From contig JAHIWS010000019.1 in assembly GCA_018815925.1 (NCBI GenBank), positions 252 to 64,251 of the forward strand: 64,000 nucleotides of DNA, written 5' to 3'. The stretch is from Nanobdellota archaeon (GTDB lineage: Archaea > Nanobdellota > Nanobdellia > Pacearchaeales > GW2011-AR1). This document shows, one piece after another, positions 63,262 to 64,000 of this stretch; positions within the stretch are counted from its first letter, which is position 1; every line of letters begins with the position of its first letter. The notes under the pieces are model-generated. The model made no database searches. It was not told the origin of the DNA and saw nothing but the letters and a program-made list of their open reading frames with translations. Made by a program: the position numbers and the translations under genes.

Positions 63262-64000
63262 CTAAAACAATTTGGTAAAATCATTATAAATTTCATCAGG
63301 AGTTTTTCCACTTAGACTTTTATGAGGTCTAAAATGATTATATTTCATTCTCCATAATTCTGGGTCTCTATCACAGAATTCAAATTCTTGTTTAAATGTT
63401 TGAAATAATCTTTCAACTTTTCCGGTTGTAGTTGGACTATGAATTGCTCCCCTAATATGGTGAATTCCTCTTTTTCGACATTTTCTATCAAATTTTGAGT
63501 GCTTACTTTTTAATCCATAAGCCGAACCATTATCACTCAAAATTTGTTTAGGTTTCCCATAGATCTTAATCAAATCATCAATAATTTTAATTACAACTTC
63601 TGTTGTAACCCTATTCACAGGAATAAAAGCTAAACTCTTTCTAGAACAATCATCAATAACAGAAACAACATATTTATCTTCGATCTTCTGATCACTATGG
63701 TCGATTTGCCAAAGAGAATTCGGATGATTTCTTTGCCAACGAATATACTTATTTCTCTTCTTTTTTCTTTTTGAAGGATTAGTTAATTTATGTTTTCTTA
63801 AAATTTTGTTAATAGAAGTATGTCCGATATCCACAAAATTTTCTATTTTCTCTGCTCCCCAGCCAGTCTTCTTTTTTATTTTTATTATTTTTTCTTCTGT
63901 TTCCTTAGATATTTTTCTATGAATTGTTTTTGGTCTTTTTGATTTATCCTTAAAATTCCATTCAGTTTCGTTAATCTTTTTAGTCCATCTTTGCAATGTT
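63262..64000 (-). mobile_element. IS transposase, DDE/rve integrase-core type (IS481/IS3-like), 5'-truncated by the window edge
   Basis: HTH (GWGAEKIENFVDIGHTSINKILRKH) plus rve core: WQIDHSD, ILSDNGSAYG, TGKVERLFQTFKQE, YNHFRPHKSL. The track start (63996) is a TTG and the frame stays open to nt 64000. Confidence 0.85.

Overview
Strongly AT-rich archaeal chromosomal segment. Gene content and very compact, Lys/Ile/Asn-rich proteins fit a small-genome DPANN-type archaeon; this is inferred from gene content, and no composition statistics were computed. Information-processing genes dominate: family-B DNA polymerase, Cdc48, topoisomerase IA, NreA-like protein, RadB, Rpo11, MBF1-like protein, ScpB, aRF1, ValRS, MetRS, ArgRS, NAC, Sec61beta, L15e, TFS, Sec11-type signal peptidase and ATP-dependent DNA ligase. 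There are two tRNAs, Lys-CUU with an intron and Ile-GAU. A block of about 14 kb (33.2-47.4 kb) carries tightly translationally coupled sugar and lower-glycolysis operons. Other content includes envelope glycosyltransferases with a secreted zincin protease, a desulfoferrodoxin/rubrerythrin cluster, and a DDE transposase cut by the window edge. No CRISPR array, rRNA, reverse transcriptase or recognisable defence operon was seen. The best second-look items are: (1) a 137-aa mini-intein inserted exactly at the catalytic GGQ loop of the release factor aRF1. (2) tRNA-Lys(CUU) with a 58-nt canonical bulge-helix-bulge intron, plus a perfect 43-bp duplication of its 5' end and upstream leader. (3) A gene-decay zone at 55.0-56.9 kb, including an FAD-Rossmann N-terminus fused to an ABC ATPase at the glycine-rich loops and an A-run frameshift. 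(4) A 99-codon ORF interrupted by a single in-frame TGA. (5) PolB with substitutions at conserved residues of motifs A and B, including the position I take to be the steric-gate Tyr. (6) Several uncharacterised tandem paralog pairs (58.6-59.9 kb; 28.9-29.9 kb next to MinD). (7) A G-run-containing 17-nt motif recurring in three intergenic regions, one of them next to the transposase. All functional calls rest on motif recognition by eye, and none was verified by database search.
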